This document shows, one piece after another, positions 9,829-19,226 of a DNA stretch of 64,000 bases. Where the stretch lies: IMG/VR virus record IMGVR_UViG_3300022200_000021. One strand, given 5' to 3'. The notes below the pieces were generated by a model. It was given only the letters and a program-made list of their open reading frames with translations. It made no database searches and was not told the DNA's origin. Source of the DNA: an uncultured virus (IMG/VR IMGVR_UViG_3300022200_000021). Its lineage: Duplodnaviria; Heunggongvirae; Uroviricota; Caudoviricetes. Every line of letters starts with the position of its first letter. Positions within the stretch are counted from its first letter, which is position 1. Both the position numbers and the translations under genes were made by a program.

Positions 9829-11448
9829 GTGGCAGTTGTATCTATAAGCAGAATACAAGTTCGAAGAGGGAGAAAAAATCAAGGCGAGGGTTTACCGCAA
9901 TTAGCAAGCGGAGAACTTGGATGGGCAATTGACTCTCAAGAATTATATATTGGTAACGGTGCAGTATCAGAAGGAGCACCGTATGTAGGAAACACTAGAC
10001 TGTTAAGCGAGAATGACAACATTTTCGATTATGTTAGTAACTACGCATATAAGAAAAATAACAGTTTTATTCAAACCGGGTCTTCAACTGACTTTCCAAT
10101 TTATAGATCGTTGCAAGATAGGCTTGACGATCGTGTTAGTGTTCGTGCGTTTGGTGCATTAGGAATTGGTGGTGATGAGACTGAAGAACTGCAAAGGGCT
10201 ATTGATCAACTGTTCTTAAATCCAGCAACAAAAGGATCTACTCAAAGTCGAATTGAACTATTCATAGAAGCAGGTATTTATAAATTATCAAATTCCTTAT
10301 TTATTCCTCCAAATTCAACTATAATTGGAGCTGGAATAGATAAAACTATTTTTGAAACTATCGATGATTCATTTCCAGCATTTGTAACAATCGACGAGTC
10401 GTGCGATATAGGTTCTTACGTTCCATCGCAACCTGTATCATATCTTTCACAACCACAAAATATACTATTATCAAACTTTACAATTAAAACTGTTGGGAGC
10501 ACTGCATTACATTTAGATAGTTGTAGACATAGCTATTTTGAAAACATAAAAGTACAAGGTGTTTGGGATTTTGATAATCAAAGTAGTTCGCAGGCTCCGG
10601 CAATTATATTAGAAAGTTTTAGTTCTTCTGTAACGTGTTCTTATAACTATTTCAAATCAATAGTTATTAATAACTATTATTCTGGAATATATTCAGATCA
10701 CGATATTGATAATAACAATTGGGATTACTGCGTATTTGATACATTAGATTGCGGGGTAATGTTTGGTGAAAACATTACATTAGGTGCTAGTGGAATGCAG
10801 TTCGGCCCTTCTACAAATAGTATTTCTAACAGTACATTTGATCGTATTCGAACAAATGCCATAAAAATTACTGAAGGTCGGAATAACTTTAGTTCGTTTA
10901 ACAAATTCTTTTCTATTGGCAACGATGGCGGTTCTTCTTCTAACGCATTATATCCAGTATTATCATTTTTAAGAGAAAGTAATACCAGCAGTAACGATTG
11001 GTTTTCAAGATCAAGCGACCTCGGATATAACCCTTCATATTTGCTACATATTCCCTATATAACAGAAATCGATGCTCCTGCGATTACTGAGTTAAATCAA
11101 ACTCACGTAATATCAATTAATGAATATACTGAGCCTGTTAAGTTGTTTAGACTCCCTGCTAATAATGTTACAGGGTATGTAATTGATTATTTTTATAAAA
11201 GTAGTGTAGTTAATGCATATCGTTCTGGAGTTATAACACTAGTATCTGATCCATACAATAATACTTGGAGTGCAAGTGAAGAATATGACTTTACCGGAGA
11301 TTCAATATATTCTGAAAATTTAACATTATTTCCACAACATTTTGACGAAAATACTAATTTAATTGTTGATACTATTGCTATAATGATTATAAACTTAACA
11401 AATAGTGACAATGCAATGTTTCATTATAAAGTTACTATTAAATCTTAA
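9829..11448 (+). CDS. Tailspike-like beta-helix (pectate-lyase fold) virion protein
   Basis: N-terminal RIQVRRG...LASGELGWAIDSQELYIGNG; VSVRAFGALG..DETEELQRAID and AGIYKLS motifs. Confidence 0.7.
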   Translation: MAVVSISRIQVRRGRKNQGEGLPQLASGELGWAIDSQELYIGNGAVSEGAPYVGNTRLLSENDNIFDYVSNYAYKKNNSFIQTGSSTDFPIYRSLQDRLDDRVSVRAFGALGIGGDETEELQRAIDQLFLNPATKGSTQSRIELFIEAGIYKLSNSLFIPPNSTIIGAGIDKTIFETIDDSFPAFVTIDESCDIGSYVPSQPVSYLSQPQNILLSNFTIKTVGSTALHLDSCRHSYFENIKVQGVWDFDNQSSSQAPAIILESFSSSVTCSYNYFKSIVINNYYSGIYSDHDIDNNNWDYCVFDTLDCGVMFGENITLGASGMQFGPSTNSISNSTFDRIRTNAIKITEGRNNFSSFNKFFSIGNDGGSSSNALYPVLSFLRESNTSSNDWFSRSSDLGYNPSYLLHIPYITEIDAPAITELNQTHVISINEYTEPVKLFRLPANNVTGYVIDYFYKSSVVNAYRSGVITLVSDPYNNTWSASEEYDFTGDSIYSENLTLFPQHFDENTNLIVDTIAIMIINLTNSDNAMFHYKVTIKS

Positions 11449-11479
11449 TTAAACTATATAATACACTTTTAGGATAAAA

Positions 11480-11911
11480 ATGTTCAATTCTACTTATGAA
11501 GATCGAATATTAATTTGGAGAAATTTTAGACTGGAATTAGAAACATCTTCTGATCCAATACGCGATGCAATTAACTTTTACAATGCTGCGCCACTTAGTC
11601 AACTGCAAACTGACCCATATGATCAATCGTCATGGCCATCTGCGTGGGAACTATTAGATTACAATTCATATTGTGAATTTACCAAAATATTAGCAATCTA
11701 TTACTCATTATCATTACTTAATCGATTTAAAGAATGTGTCTTTTCATTAAAGTTTATGAATGATCATTCAACTTCAAAATATTTTTATTTGCTTTTTATA
11801 AACGATTGTGTTGTAGGGTTCGAAAATGACCAAGCAATACATGTATCAGAATTGCCAAATACATTGTCAGTTTCTGAGTCGTTTAACTTGTCGACTAAAA
11901 TAAATCATTAA
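11480..11911 (+). CDS. Hypothetical protein
   Basis: AGGA RBS, 143 aa. Confidence 0.6.
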   Translation: MFNSTYEDRILIWRNFRLELETSSDPIRDAINFYNAAPLSQLQTDPYDQSSWPSAWELLDYNSYCEFTKILAIYYSLSLLNRFKECVFSLKFMNDHSTSKYFYLLFINDCVVGFENDQAIHVSELPNTLSVSESFNLSTKINH

Positions 11912-11956
11912 ATTTAAACACTAAATATTTAAAATATTTTTCAACAAGGAATTATT

Positions 11957-13597
11957 ATGTCAGAACAGATTATGATCGTTAAACGCGATGGGGTCGAAGA
12001 ACCATTAAACATTGAAAAGATTCATTTTGTAGTAGAGGAGGCATGTGCAAATCTTGCAGGAGTAAGTGCTAGTCAAATTGAAATGAATGCAAATTTACAA
12101 TTTTATAACAAAATGAGTACCCATGAAATACAAAAAATCCTTATTAGGTCTGCTAGTGATTTAATATCATTAGAATCTCCTAATTATCAATATGCTGCTG
12201 CTCGTTTAATGAGTTATAATTTAAACAAACAGGTGTACGGACAATATCGACCGGTTCCTTTGTATGATATTATTGTTTCTAATGTTAATCGAGGAGTGTA
12301 TGATAAATCATTTTTAGATATGTTTTCTAAAGAAGACATAGAAAAATTAGAATCAATGATCCATTATAATCGCGATGAAAACTTTACATATGCAGGGTTA
12401 AGACAAATTGTTGACAAATATTTAGTTCAAGACAGATCAACTGGACAAATTTTTGAGACTCCTCAAATAATGTACATTATGATTGCTGCTACTATGTTTT
12501 CTCAATACGATAAAGCATCTCGTATGCATTATATTAAAAAATATTACGACGGACTATCATTATTTCATATTAATATTCCAACCCCTGTAAATGCAGGCGT
12601 TAGGACTCCTGTACGGCAGTATGCTAGTTGTGTGCTAGTTGATAGCGACGATACGTTAAACAGCATTTTTTCAAGTGATATGGCTATTGGTCGGTATACT
12701 GCTTTACGTGCAGGTATAGGTATTAATTCTGGAAGAATTAGAGGAGTAAACTCTAAAGTTAGAGGAGGAGAAGTTGCACATACTGGCGTTATTCCATTTT
12801 TAAAGAAATTTGAATCTACTGTTAAATGCTGTACACAAAACGGTGTTAGAGGTGGAAGTGCAACTGTTCATTTTCCAATTTGGCATCAAGAAATTAAAGA
12901 TATATTAGTTTTGAAAAACAACAAAGGTACTGAAGATAATCGAGTTAGAAAATTAGATTATTCTATTCAAATTAATAAAACTATGATTGAGAGATTTCTC
13001 AGTAATGGAAATATTACTTTATTTTCCCCTCATGACGTTCCAGATTTATACGAAGCGTATTTTGGAGACCCTGATGTATTTTCTAAATTATATTCTGCAT
13101 ATGAAAAAAATTCAAATATTAAACAATCAGTAGTTCCTGCTGTTGAACTGTTTTCTACTTTAATTAAAGAAAAAACTGAAACTGGCAGATTGTATATAAT
13201 GTTTACCGATCATTGTAATAATCATAGTTCATTTTTAGATACTGTTTATATGAGTAACTTGTGTTTGTCCGGTGATACTATTATCCATGCTATTGTAAAT
13301 AATACCGAACAAGCTATTACATTAGAACAAGCTAATACACATTTTCATAATGGCGAAACTATTGATGTACTATCGTTTAACGAATACACTCAAAAGTCTG
13401 AATACAAACGGATTTCTAACAGTGCGTTAACTAACACTTCTGCTAAGGTAATGAAAATTACAGACTCAACGTCCGGTAAATCCATTATATGTACACCAGA
13501 GCATAAAGTTTATACTGAAAATAGAGGTTATGTGTTAGCAAAAAACTTGACAGAAACCGACAAATTACGTATAATAAATAATTTTTCACAAGAATAA
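11957..13597 (+). CDS. nrdA: Class Ia RNR alpha, piece 1 (aa 1-435, with ATP cone) fused to split-intein N-part 1
   Basis: IVKRDG ATP cone, QYASCVL (C225 equivalent), QNGVRGG; ...YMSNL|CLSGDT...CTPEHK intein blocks A and B. Confidence 0.95.
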   Translation: MSEQIMIVKRDGVEEPLNIEKIHFVVEEACANLAGVSASQIEMNANLQFYNKMSTHEIQKILIRSASDLISLESPNYQYAAARLMSYNLNKQVYGQYRPVPLYDIIVSNVNRGVYDKSFLDMFSKEDIEKLESMIHYNRDENFTYAGLRQIVDKYLVQDRSTGQIFETPQIMYIMIAATMFSQYDKASRMHYIKKYYDGLSLFHINIPTPVNAGVRTPVRQYASCVLVDSDDTLNSIFSSDMAIGRYTALRAGIGINSGRIRGVNSKVRGGEVAHTGVIPFLKKFESTVKCCTQNGVRGGSATVHFPIWHQEIKDILVLKNNKGTEDNRVRKLDYSIQINKTMIERFLSNGNITLFSPHDVPDLYEAYFGDPDVFSKLYSAYEKNSNIKQSVVPAVELFSTLIKEKTETGRLYIMFTDHCNNHSSFLDTVYMSNLCLSGDTIIHAIVNNTEQAITLEQANTHFHNGETIDVLSFNEYTQKSEYKRISNSALTNTSAKVMKITDSTSGKSIICTPEHKVYTENRGYVLAKNLTETDKLRIINNFSQE

Positions 13598-13710
13598 GGA
13601 AATACACAATGAGTTTAATTATAGAATATTTAGATGCCCCTATTGAAGTTTACGATATAACCGTCGAGGATAATCATAATTTTTATGCAAATGACATTCT
13701 TGTACACAAT
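13262..13710 (+). mobile_element. Split intein 1 (IntN 13262-13594, 111 aa; IntC 13609-13710, 34 aa)
   Basis: Cys1, TxxH, VYDITVEDNHNFYANDILVHN|C; sits immediately before the radical Cys; resembles the NrdA-2 split intein as I recall its sequence. Confidence 0.92.
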
Positions 13711-13866
13711 TGCCAAGAAATTACGTTACCTACTACTCCATTGCAACACATCGATGACATCGGCACTACTGAAAAACGATTAGTAAAAGTTAAGAAATCA
13801 GATATGGATAAGTACAATGAGTACAAAAAATCGATTGGTAATTATTTACAAGATCGTTCTATTTAA
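13609..13866 (+). CDS. nrdA: RNR alpha piece 2: IntC1 + CQEITLPTTPL (C439/E441 equivalents) + basic tail
   Basis: HN|CQEITLPT aligns with E. coli NL-CLEIALPT; own AGGA RBS. Confidence 0.92.
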   Translation: MSLIIEYLDAPIEVYDITVEDNHNFYANDILVHNCQEITLPTTPLQHIDDIGTTEKRLVKVKKSDMDKYNEYKKSIGNYLQDRSI

Positions 13867-13877
13867 AAGGAAATATA

Positions 13878-14825
13878 ATGAATGAATTATACAGTTTTGT
13901 AACAGAGTGCGATAACGACGATGAGTATGTGTATTTTGAAGAAGACGTTATTGTAAGTAAAGATTCTCCTGCAATTGCTCTTTGCATTTTATCTGCTATT
14001 AATTTAGGATCTATTAAACATTTAGATCAATTAGAAGAACTGTGCGAGTTAACTGTACGGTCTTTAGATGAATTGATAGATTATCAGGAATATCCTGTTA
14101 AAGCGGCTGAAATTGAAACTAAAGCTCGAAGATCTCTAGGAATCGGATACGTAGGGTTAGCACATTACTTAGCTAAACATCATGTGAAATATGATGATCC
14201 AAAGGCTTGGAAATTAGTACACGATTTATCTGAGGCATTTCAATATTACTTATTAAAAGCAAGTAACAACTTAGCTAAAGAAAAAGGCCCTTGTTTGTAT
14301 TTTAACCGTACAAAATATTCAAAAGGAATCTTACCAATTGACACTTACAAAAAAGATGTTGACTTAATTGTTCCACATTCTCTTGCTTACGATTGGGAAA
14401 GTTTAAGAGCTGATATCGTTACACATGGCTTACGTCATTCAACATTATCTGCACAAATGCCTAGTGAATCGTGCTTAAACTGGGAACATAAAATTTTAAC
14501 AAATAAAGGGTATTTAAACTTTCACGAAATTTGTGAAATGAATCATATTAGTTGGTATCGAATTGAATTAAATAATGCTATAGGATGGTTTACGTTAGAA
14601 GAACCGTTAATAGTTCCAACTCTTGAAGGGAATAAAGAAGTAACTAAAATTTATTTCAACGGTCATAAAGAAGTTGTATCGATTACTTTAGATAATGGGA
14701 AAGTAATTAAATGTACACCGACTCATAAATTCTTAGTTCGAACAGAAAATAACCAAACATTATGGAAGCATGCAAGTGAATTAAATGAAAATGATGATAT
14801 TATTGAATTAAACTTAAAGGATTAG
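13878..14825 (+). CDS. nrdA: RNR alpha piece 3: acidic head + AIALCILSAINLG (C462 equivalent)...AQMPSES + split-intein N-part 2
   Basis: RRSLGIG and GLRHSTLSAQMPSES|CLNWEH...CTPTHKF; own AGGA RBS. Confidence 0.93.
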   Translation: MNELYSFVTECDNDDEYVYFEEDVIVSKDSPAIALCILSAINLGSIKHLDQLEELCELTVRSLDELIDYQEYPVKAAEIETKARRSLGIGYVGLAHYLAKHHVKYDDPKAWKLVHDLSEAFQYYLLKASNNLAKEKGPCLYFNRTKYSKGILPIDTYKKDVDLIVPHSLAYDWESLRADIVTHGLRHSTLSAQMPSESCLNWEHKILTNKGYLNFHEICEMNHISWYRIELNNAIGWFTLEEPLIVPTLEGNKEVTKIYFNGHKEVVSITLDNGKVIKCTPTHKFLVRTENNQTLWKHASELNENDDIIELNLKD

Positions 14826-14932
14826 TAATGAAAGTTAAAAAAGTAGAGTTTTTAAATGAAGTGTTACCAACGTATGACATCGAAGTTCCTGATGTTCATC
14901 ATTACGTTGTTGAGAATTTAATCTCGCATAAC
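14472..14932 (+). mobile_element. Split intein 2 (IntN 14472-14822, 117 aa; IntC 14828-14932, 35 aa)
   Basis: Cys1, TPTH block B, TYDIEVPDVHHYVVENLISHN|S. Confidence 0.9.
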
Positions 14933-15343
14933 AGCTCAGTTGTGTCTAATGCAACTAACGGTGTAGAACCTCCTAGAGGGTTTTTATCTGTTAAAAAATC
15001 AAAAAAAGGACCACTAAAGCAAATTGTACCTCAATATCAAACACTTAAAAACCATTATACTTTACTGTGGGATATGCCTTCAAATAAAGGATATTTAAAT
15101 ATAATGGCAGTTATGCAAAAGTTTTTTGATCAATCTATTTCAACTAACTGGAGTTATAATCCAACTCAGTATTCTAACAATGAAATTCCAATGAGCGTGT
15201 TAACTGAAGATTTACTACAATCATATAAGTATGGATTAAAAACAGTTTATTATTCAAATACATACGATTATAAAACTGACCCAAGTGAAATTGACGATTC
15301 TGCTACTGATTCAGATGAAGAATGTAGCGCATGTAAACTGTAA
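14828..15343 (+). CDS. nrdA: RNR alpha piece 4: IntC2 + C-terminal domain
   Basis: HN|SSVVSNATNGVEP, DQSISTN, KTVYY (Y730/Y731 equivalents), C-terminal CSACKL. Confidence 0.93.
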   Translation: MKVKKVEFLNEVLPTYDIEVPDVHHYVVENLISHNSSVVSNATNGVEPPRGFLSVKKSKKGPLKQIVPQYQTLKNHYTLLWDMPSNKGYLNIMAVMQKFFDQSISTNWSYNPTQYSNNEIPMSVLTEDLLQSYKYGLKTVYYSNTYDYKTDPSEIDDSATDSDEECSACKL

Positions 15344-15353
15344 GGAATTATAA

Positions 15354-16457
15354 ATGGCTAAAACTATTTTCAATAATAAAAACATAGATTTTACTAAAGA
15401 ATATATGTTTTTTGGTGAGGATCAAAATACACAAAGATATGATGTTTTTAGATTTCCCGTATTTGACAAATTAAATCAAACAATGTTAGGATACTTTTGG
15501 AGGCCTGAGGAAGTTAGTCTCCAAAAAGATCGAGCAGATTATGCTGAATTTAGACCTGAACAAAAGCATATTTTCACTAGTAACTTGAAGTATCAAATCT
15601 TATTAGATTCTGTACAAGGTAGAGGTCCATGTACTGCATTTTTACCATTTATCAGTTTACCTGAATTAGAAGGTGCTGTTGTTACTTGGGACTTTTTTGA
15701 AACAATTCATTCTAGATCATATACTCATATTATAAAAAATATTTACCCTGATCCTAGTGAAATTTTTGATACTATTTTAAATGATGAAGAGATTATTAAA
15801 CGTGCATCAAGTGTAACTAAAAATTACGATTCATTCATAGATGCTGCTAATAATTTTATCTATAACAAATCTGGAACATTACGGGAAGTTAAGAAAAAAC
15901 TATTTCTTGCAATGATGAATGTTAATATCTTAGAAGGATTAAGATTTTATGTATCATTTGCGTGTTCATTTGCATTTGGTGAATTAAAACTAGTCGAAGG
16001 TTCGGCTAAAATTATTAGTTTAATTGCAAGAGATGAAGCACAACATTTAGCTATTTCTACACATATAATTAAATTATGGGCTCAGGGAAAAGACGATCCT
16101 GAAATGGTTAGCATTATTAAAGAGTGCGAAGATGAAGTTTATCAAATGTGGGAAACTTGTATTGCTGAAGAAATGGCATGGGCTGATTACTTATTTAAAG
16201 ATGGTTCGATTATAGGTCTAAACAGCACATTGTTACACCAGTACAGTAAATATATTGCAAATCGAAGACTTAAATCTATTGGATATAATCCAATGTTTGA
16301 TGCACCGATTAATAACAACCCGTTACCGTGGACTACACACTGGTTGTCTAGTTCAACTTTACAAAATGCTCCTCAAGAGACAGAAATTGAAAGTTATATA
16401 GTAGGCGGTATTAAACATGACTTAAATATAAATAATTTTTCAAATTACAAACTATAA
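15354..16457 (+). CDS. nrdB: Class Ia RNR beta subunit
   Basis: FWRPEEV, DSVQGR, ETIHSRSY, EGLRFYVSF, RDEAQH, APQETEIESY. Confidence 0.97.
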   Translation: MAKTIFNNKNIDFTKEYMFFGEDQNTQRYDVFRFPVFDKLNQTMLGYFWRPEEVSLQKDRADYAEFRPEQKHIFTSNLKYQILLDSVQGRGPCTAFLPFISLPELEGAVVTWDFFETIHSRSYTHIIKNIYPDPSEIFDTILNDEEIIKRASSVTKNYDSFIDAANNFIYNKSGTLREVKKKLFLAMMNVNILEGLRFYVSFACSFAFGELKLVEGSAKIISLIARDEAQHLAISTHIIKLWAQGKDDPEMVSIIKECEDEVYQMWETCIAEEMAWADYLFKDGSIIGLNSTLLHQYSKYIANRRLKSIGYNPMFDAPINNNPLPWTTHWLSSSTLQNAPQETEIESYIVGGIKHDLNINNFSNYKL

Positions 16458-16482
16458 ATATTTTTATACAAGGAAAAACTAG

Positions 16483-16707
16483 ATGCATAATATAATTGTA
16501 TGGAGTAAAGATCAATGCCCGCAATGCGAGCAAGCAGTTTCATTTTTAAATTCTAAAAACTTAGAATTTGAAATTAGAAAAATAGGCAATGGATGGTCTA
16601 AAGAGGATTTATTAAGTGCTGTTCCAAGTGCAAGATCTGTTCCTCAAATTTTCGTCGATGATATGCACATTGGCGGTCTTAATGAATTATTAAAATTTCA
16701 ACTTTAA
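16483..16707 (+). CDS. Glutaredoxin
   Basis: CPQC, SVPQIF, IGG. Confidence 0.92.
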   Translation: MHNIIVWSKDQCPQCEQAVSFLNSKNLEFEIRKIGNGWSKEDLLSAVPSARSVPQIFVDDMHIGGLNELLKFQL

Positions 16708-16719
16708 ATAGAGGTTAGT

Positions 16720-17007
16720 ATGCTGTTAGATGTACCATATAAACAAAACGATATCATTTCATTAAAATTAACTTCCGGTGAAGAAGTTATTGGAAGATTT
16801 GAGAATGAAAGTTCTACTGCTGTTGTAGTAGCAAAAGCAATGTCTCTTTCTATTAATCAACAAGGCGTAGGATTAACTCCCTATATGTTTTCAGTCGATT
16901 TAGACAATTCTTTTAAAATTAACACATCGCATATTATTTCAATTGTCAAAACAACAAAAGAAATTGCATCAGCATATATGCAACAAACTTCAGGACTTAC
17001 ATTATAA
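16720..17007 (+). CDS. Sm-like fold phage protein
   Basis: SLKLTSGEEVIG...AYMQQTSGL pattern common in T4-like phages. Confidence 0.55.
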   Translation: MLLDVPYKQNDIISLKLTSGEEVIGRFENESSTAVVVAKAMSLSINQQGVGLTPYMFSVDLDNSFKINTSHIISIVKTTKEIASAYMQQTSGLTL

Positions 17008-17010
17008 ATT

Positions 17011-17301
17011 ATGACATTACCGGTACATAGAAGAACAGATAATTGTACAGGACACGGATGCTGGCCTCCTAGACCTCCTTCGTCATGGAGTCCAGATGTG
17101 TTTGCAAACAATTTAAATCAAATTAGATTAACAGATTCTTATGTTGTTCATTGTTGCGGTAATGGGTGTCATTCAGGAGTAGTTGCAGATGGCAGTGAAA
17201 CTGTATTTGCAAATAACTTAGAATATGCTCGTCAAAGCGATCCTATCTCATGCGGTAGTCGATGCAACGAGCATAGTCCAGATGTATTTGCAGGAGATTA
17301 A
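17011..17301 (+). CDS. PAAR spike-tip protein (gp5.4-like)
   Basis: CTGHGCWPP, SPDVFAN, GSETVFAN, DPISCG, SPDVFAG. Confidence 0.88.
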   Translation: MTLPVHRRTDNCTGHGCWPPRPPSSWSPDVFANNLNQIRLTDSYVVHCCGNGCHSGVVADGSETVFANNLEYARQSDPISCGSRCNEHSPDVFAGD

Positions 17302-17303
17302 AA

Positions 17304-18932
17304 ATGGTCGATACTAACATCCATGCATCGCCTAATGCAGATCGAACTATGCGAGAAGAATATTTCTTGGAAATTAATGAATCTGCTGATGTAATTCAAG
17401 AGTACACAAACGGTGATAAATTATTACATAGTGGTACAAATGTTAGAGAATTTCCATATCGTAGCATTATTCGAGGCGACTACGAATCTGAATATGGGGG
17501 TTTGATACCGTGGCTTAGATTGGAGCGATTTAGAACTCATCTATTAGACAATGTATTAAGTTGGAATAATAAAAAATTACCAGAATCTTTGTGGAATTTA
17601 GCATTAAATAATTATATTAACAATAATGTTGCAATTCTTACACATGAATTACAACGCTGGTATTTTCAATACAATTGGTATCATGTTGAAACTTTACCAT
17701 CTAGTCACGACTTTTTTGATAATTTAAGATTACTGTCTGTGTTTACATACGAATGGCAAGGTTTTAATCAATCAGAGAAACATACAATTACAGTAAATCC
17801 AGCAAGTCGACTAGAAGAAGAAACAGTATCGCTCAATGGTGAATCTTGGGTATATGTAAAAGATTACAGTTACACTTTTATCGAAGCTGGACTTTATGAA
17901 TACTTTAAAATAGGTGAAGCGGGTGAATTTGCTGGGTACATGCCTGAATATGAAAAATTTGACATAAGTACAGATTTATATGAACAAGTTGAAATCGATG
18001 GTGAAATAATCGATGTATACTACACAACTAAGTATTCTCCATCACATTATGATATTGGGTTACTTACTAATTTAATATTTCATTTAAACCAGTTACGATC
18101 ACTAAAATACGACTATAGCAATTTAGATGATGTTTTAACAAAGAATTGGTTATATTTAAAAGTATCAAGCCCATGCATAGAACCTATTGGAGAGGATGAA
18201 GTTCGAAGCTCTATGCCTTACTACAACGAAGTTTATATTAAAAATCAATTAGCTGATCAGTATTTGCTGTGTGTTCTTGATACGGACCCGTGTGTGAATC
18301 AATATCCTACAGAATTTATAGGACAAAATAATGTGTTCAGCGATCCTGATTTTCTAGTTAGAGAAAAACTATACGGTCAAAATCCTGCAGGTGGGGTTTT
18401 TATTGATGAATTTGACGAATGTAGCGAAGATACAATTCAAAAACTTGCAGAAACTGATGACCCATTTGGCAAAGGTGAAACTATGCGACCGTATTCACTA
18501 GGCTATCAATTTTTAGATAAAGTGTTGTTTTATGAAATAGAAACCAGTCCGTACTATCGTAATAATCCTAAAAATCCAAGAATTGTACCAGGTGTAGAAT
18601 ACGTTTTTGAAAGTGCAAACGGACAACCTAATGAAGGTGTTTTAGAACCGTTTAGTATAGTACCTATGAGATTAAGATTAGAAGCTGTTTATGAGATTCG
18701 AGATGGGTCTAAAGTTCTAATGTTAGACAGCAACGCATTTGATATTGAAGAAAAAATAGATGAAGTTCGTGCATTATTATTTCCTACAATCTTAGATGGT
18801 AGGTTATCAGTGTTTGAAGAAAATCATAGCTCTACTCCAAAAAATGCAAAAACTATCGACTATTTAGTAAATGTCGTAAAAGAATTTACATACGAAGATT
18901 TAAATTTCATACCACCGACTGAGGGTAATTAA
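17304..18932 (+). CDS. Large acidic hypothetical protein
   Basis: 542 aa ORF coupled to PAAR; no motif recognised. Confidence 0.6.
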   Translation: MVDTNIHASPNADRTMREEYFLEINESADVIQEYTNGDKLLHSGTNVREFPYRSIIRGDYESEYGGLIPWLRLERFRTHLLDNVLSWNNKKLPESLWNLALNNYINNNVAILTHELQRWYFQYNWYHVETLPSSHDFFDNLRLLSVFTYEWQGFNQSEKHTITVNPASRLEEETVSLNGESWVYVKDYSYTFIEAGLYEYFKIGEAGEFAGYMPEYEKFDISTDLYEQVEIDGEIIDVYYTTKYSPSHYDIGLLTNLIFHLNQLRSLKYDYSNLDDVLTKNWLYLKVSSPCIEPIGEDEVRSSMPYYNEVYIKNQLADQYLLCVLDTDPCVNQYPTEFIGQNNVFSDPDFLVREKLYGQNPAGGVFIDEFDECSEDTIQKLAETDDPFGKGETMRPYSLGYQFLDKVLFYEIETSPYYRNNPKNPRIVPGVEYVFESANGQPNEGVLEPFSIVPMRLRLEAVYEIRDGSKVLMLDSNAFDIEEKIDEVRALLFPTILDGRLSVFEENHSSTPKNAKTIDYLVNVVKEFTYEDLNFIPPTEGN

Positions 18933-19226
18933 ATGACAAATGAAGAAAAATTAAATTCACTATTAAACGCAATTAACGAAGTTGAAACATTCAACGACGG
19001 CTCAGTAATTATTAGATGGAAATCAAATGTAGCACACGAAATTAACGGTGTAAATATTATTAATGCGTCTGGTAGTCAAATTATATCAGGGCATCAAGTT
19101 CATATGAATCCTGTATTGCCAGTTGCATTAAAAACTATTAAATTTCAAGACATTCAAAAGCAATTAGATATTGCAGTTTATAATACAAAAAGACCAAAAA
19201 CAACTGAAGATTGTGGATGTAACTAA
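18933..19226 (+). CDS. Hypothetical protein
   Basis: Coupled ORF. Confidence 0.55.
   Translation: MTNEEKLNSLLNAINEVETFNDGSVIIRWKSNVAHEINGVNIINASGSQIISGHQVHMNPVLPVALKTIKFQDIQKQLDIAVYNTKRPKTTEDCGCN

Noticed and set aside
11957..15343. nrdA as a pseudogene, a stop-codon-recoded gene or a group I intron-split gene
   Set aside because: The pieces change frame, have their own starts and intact intein motifs, and the 2-11 nt gaps are too short for introns; TAA, TAG and TGA all act as stops elsewhere in the window
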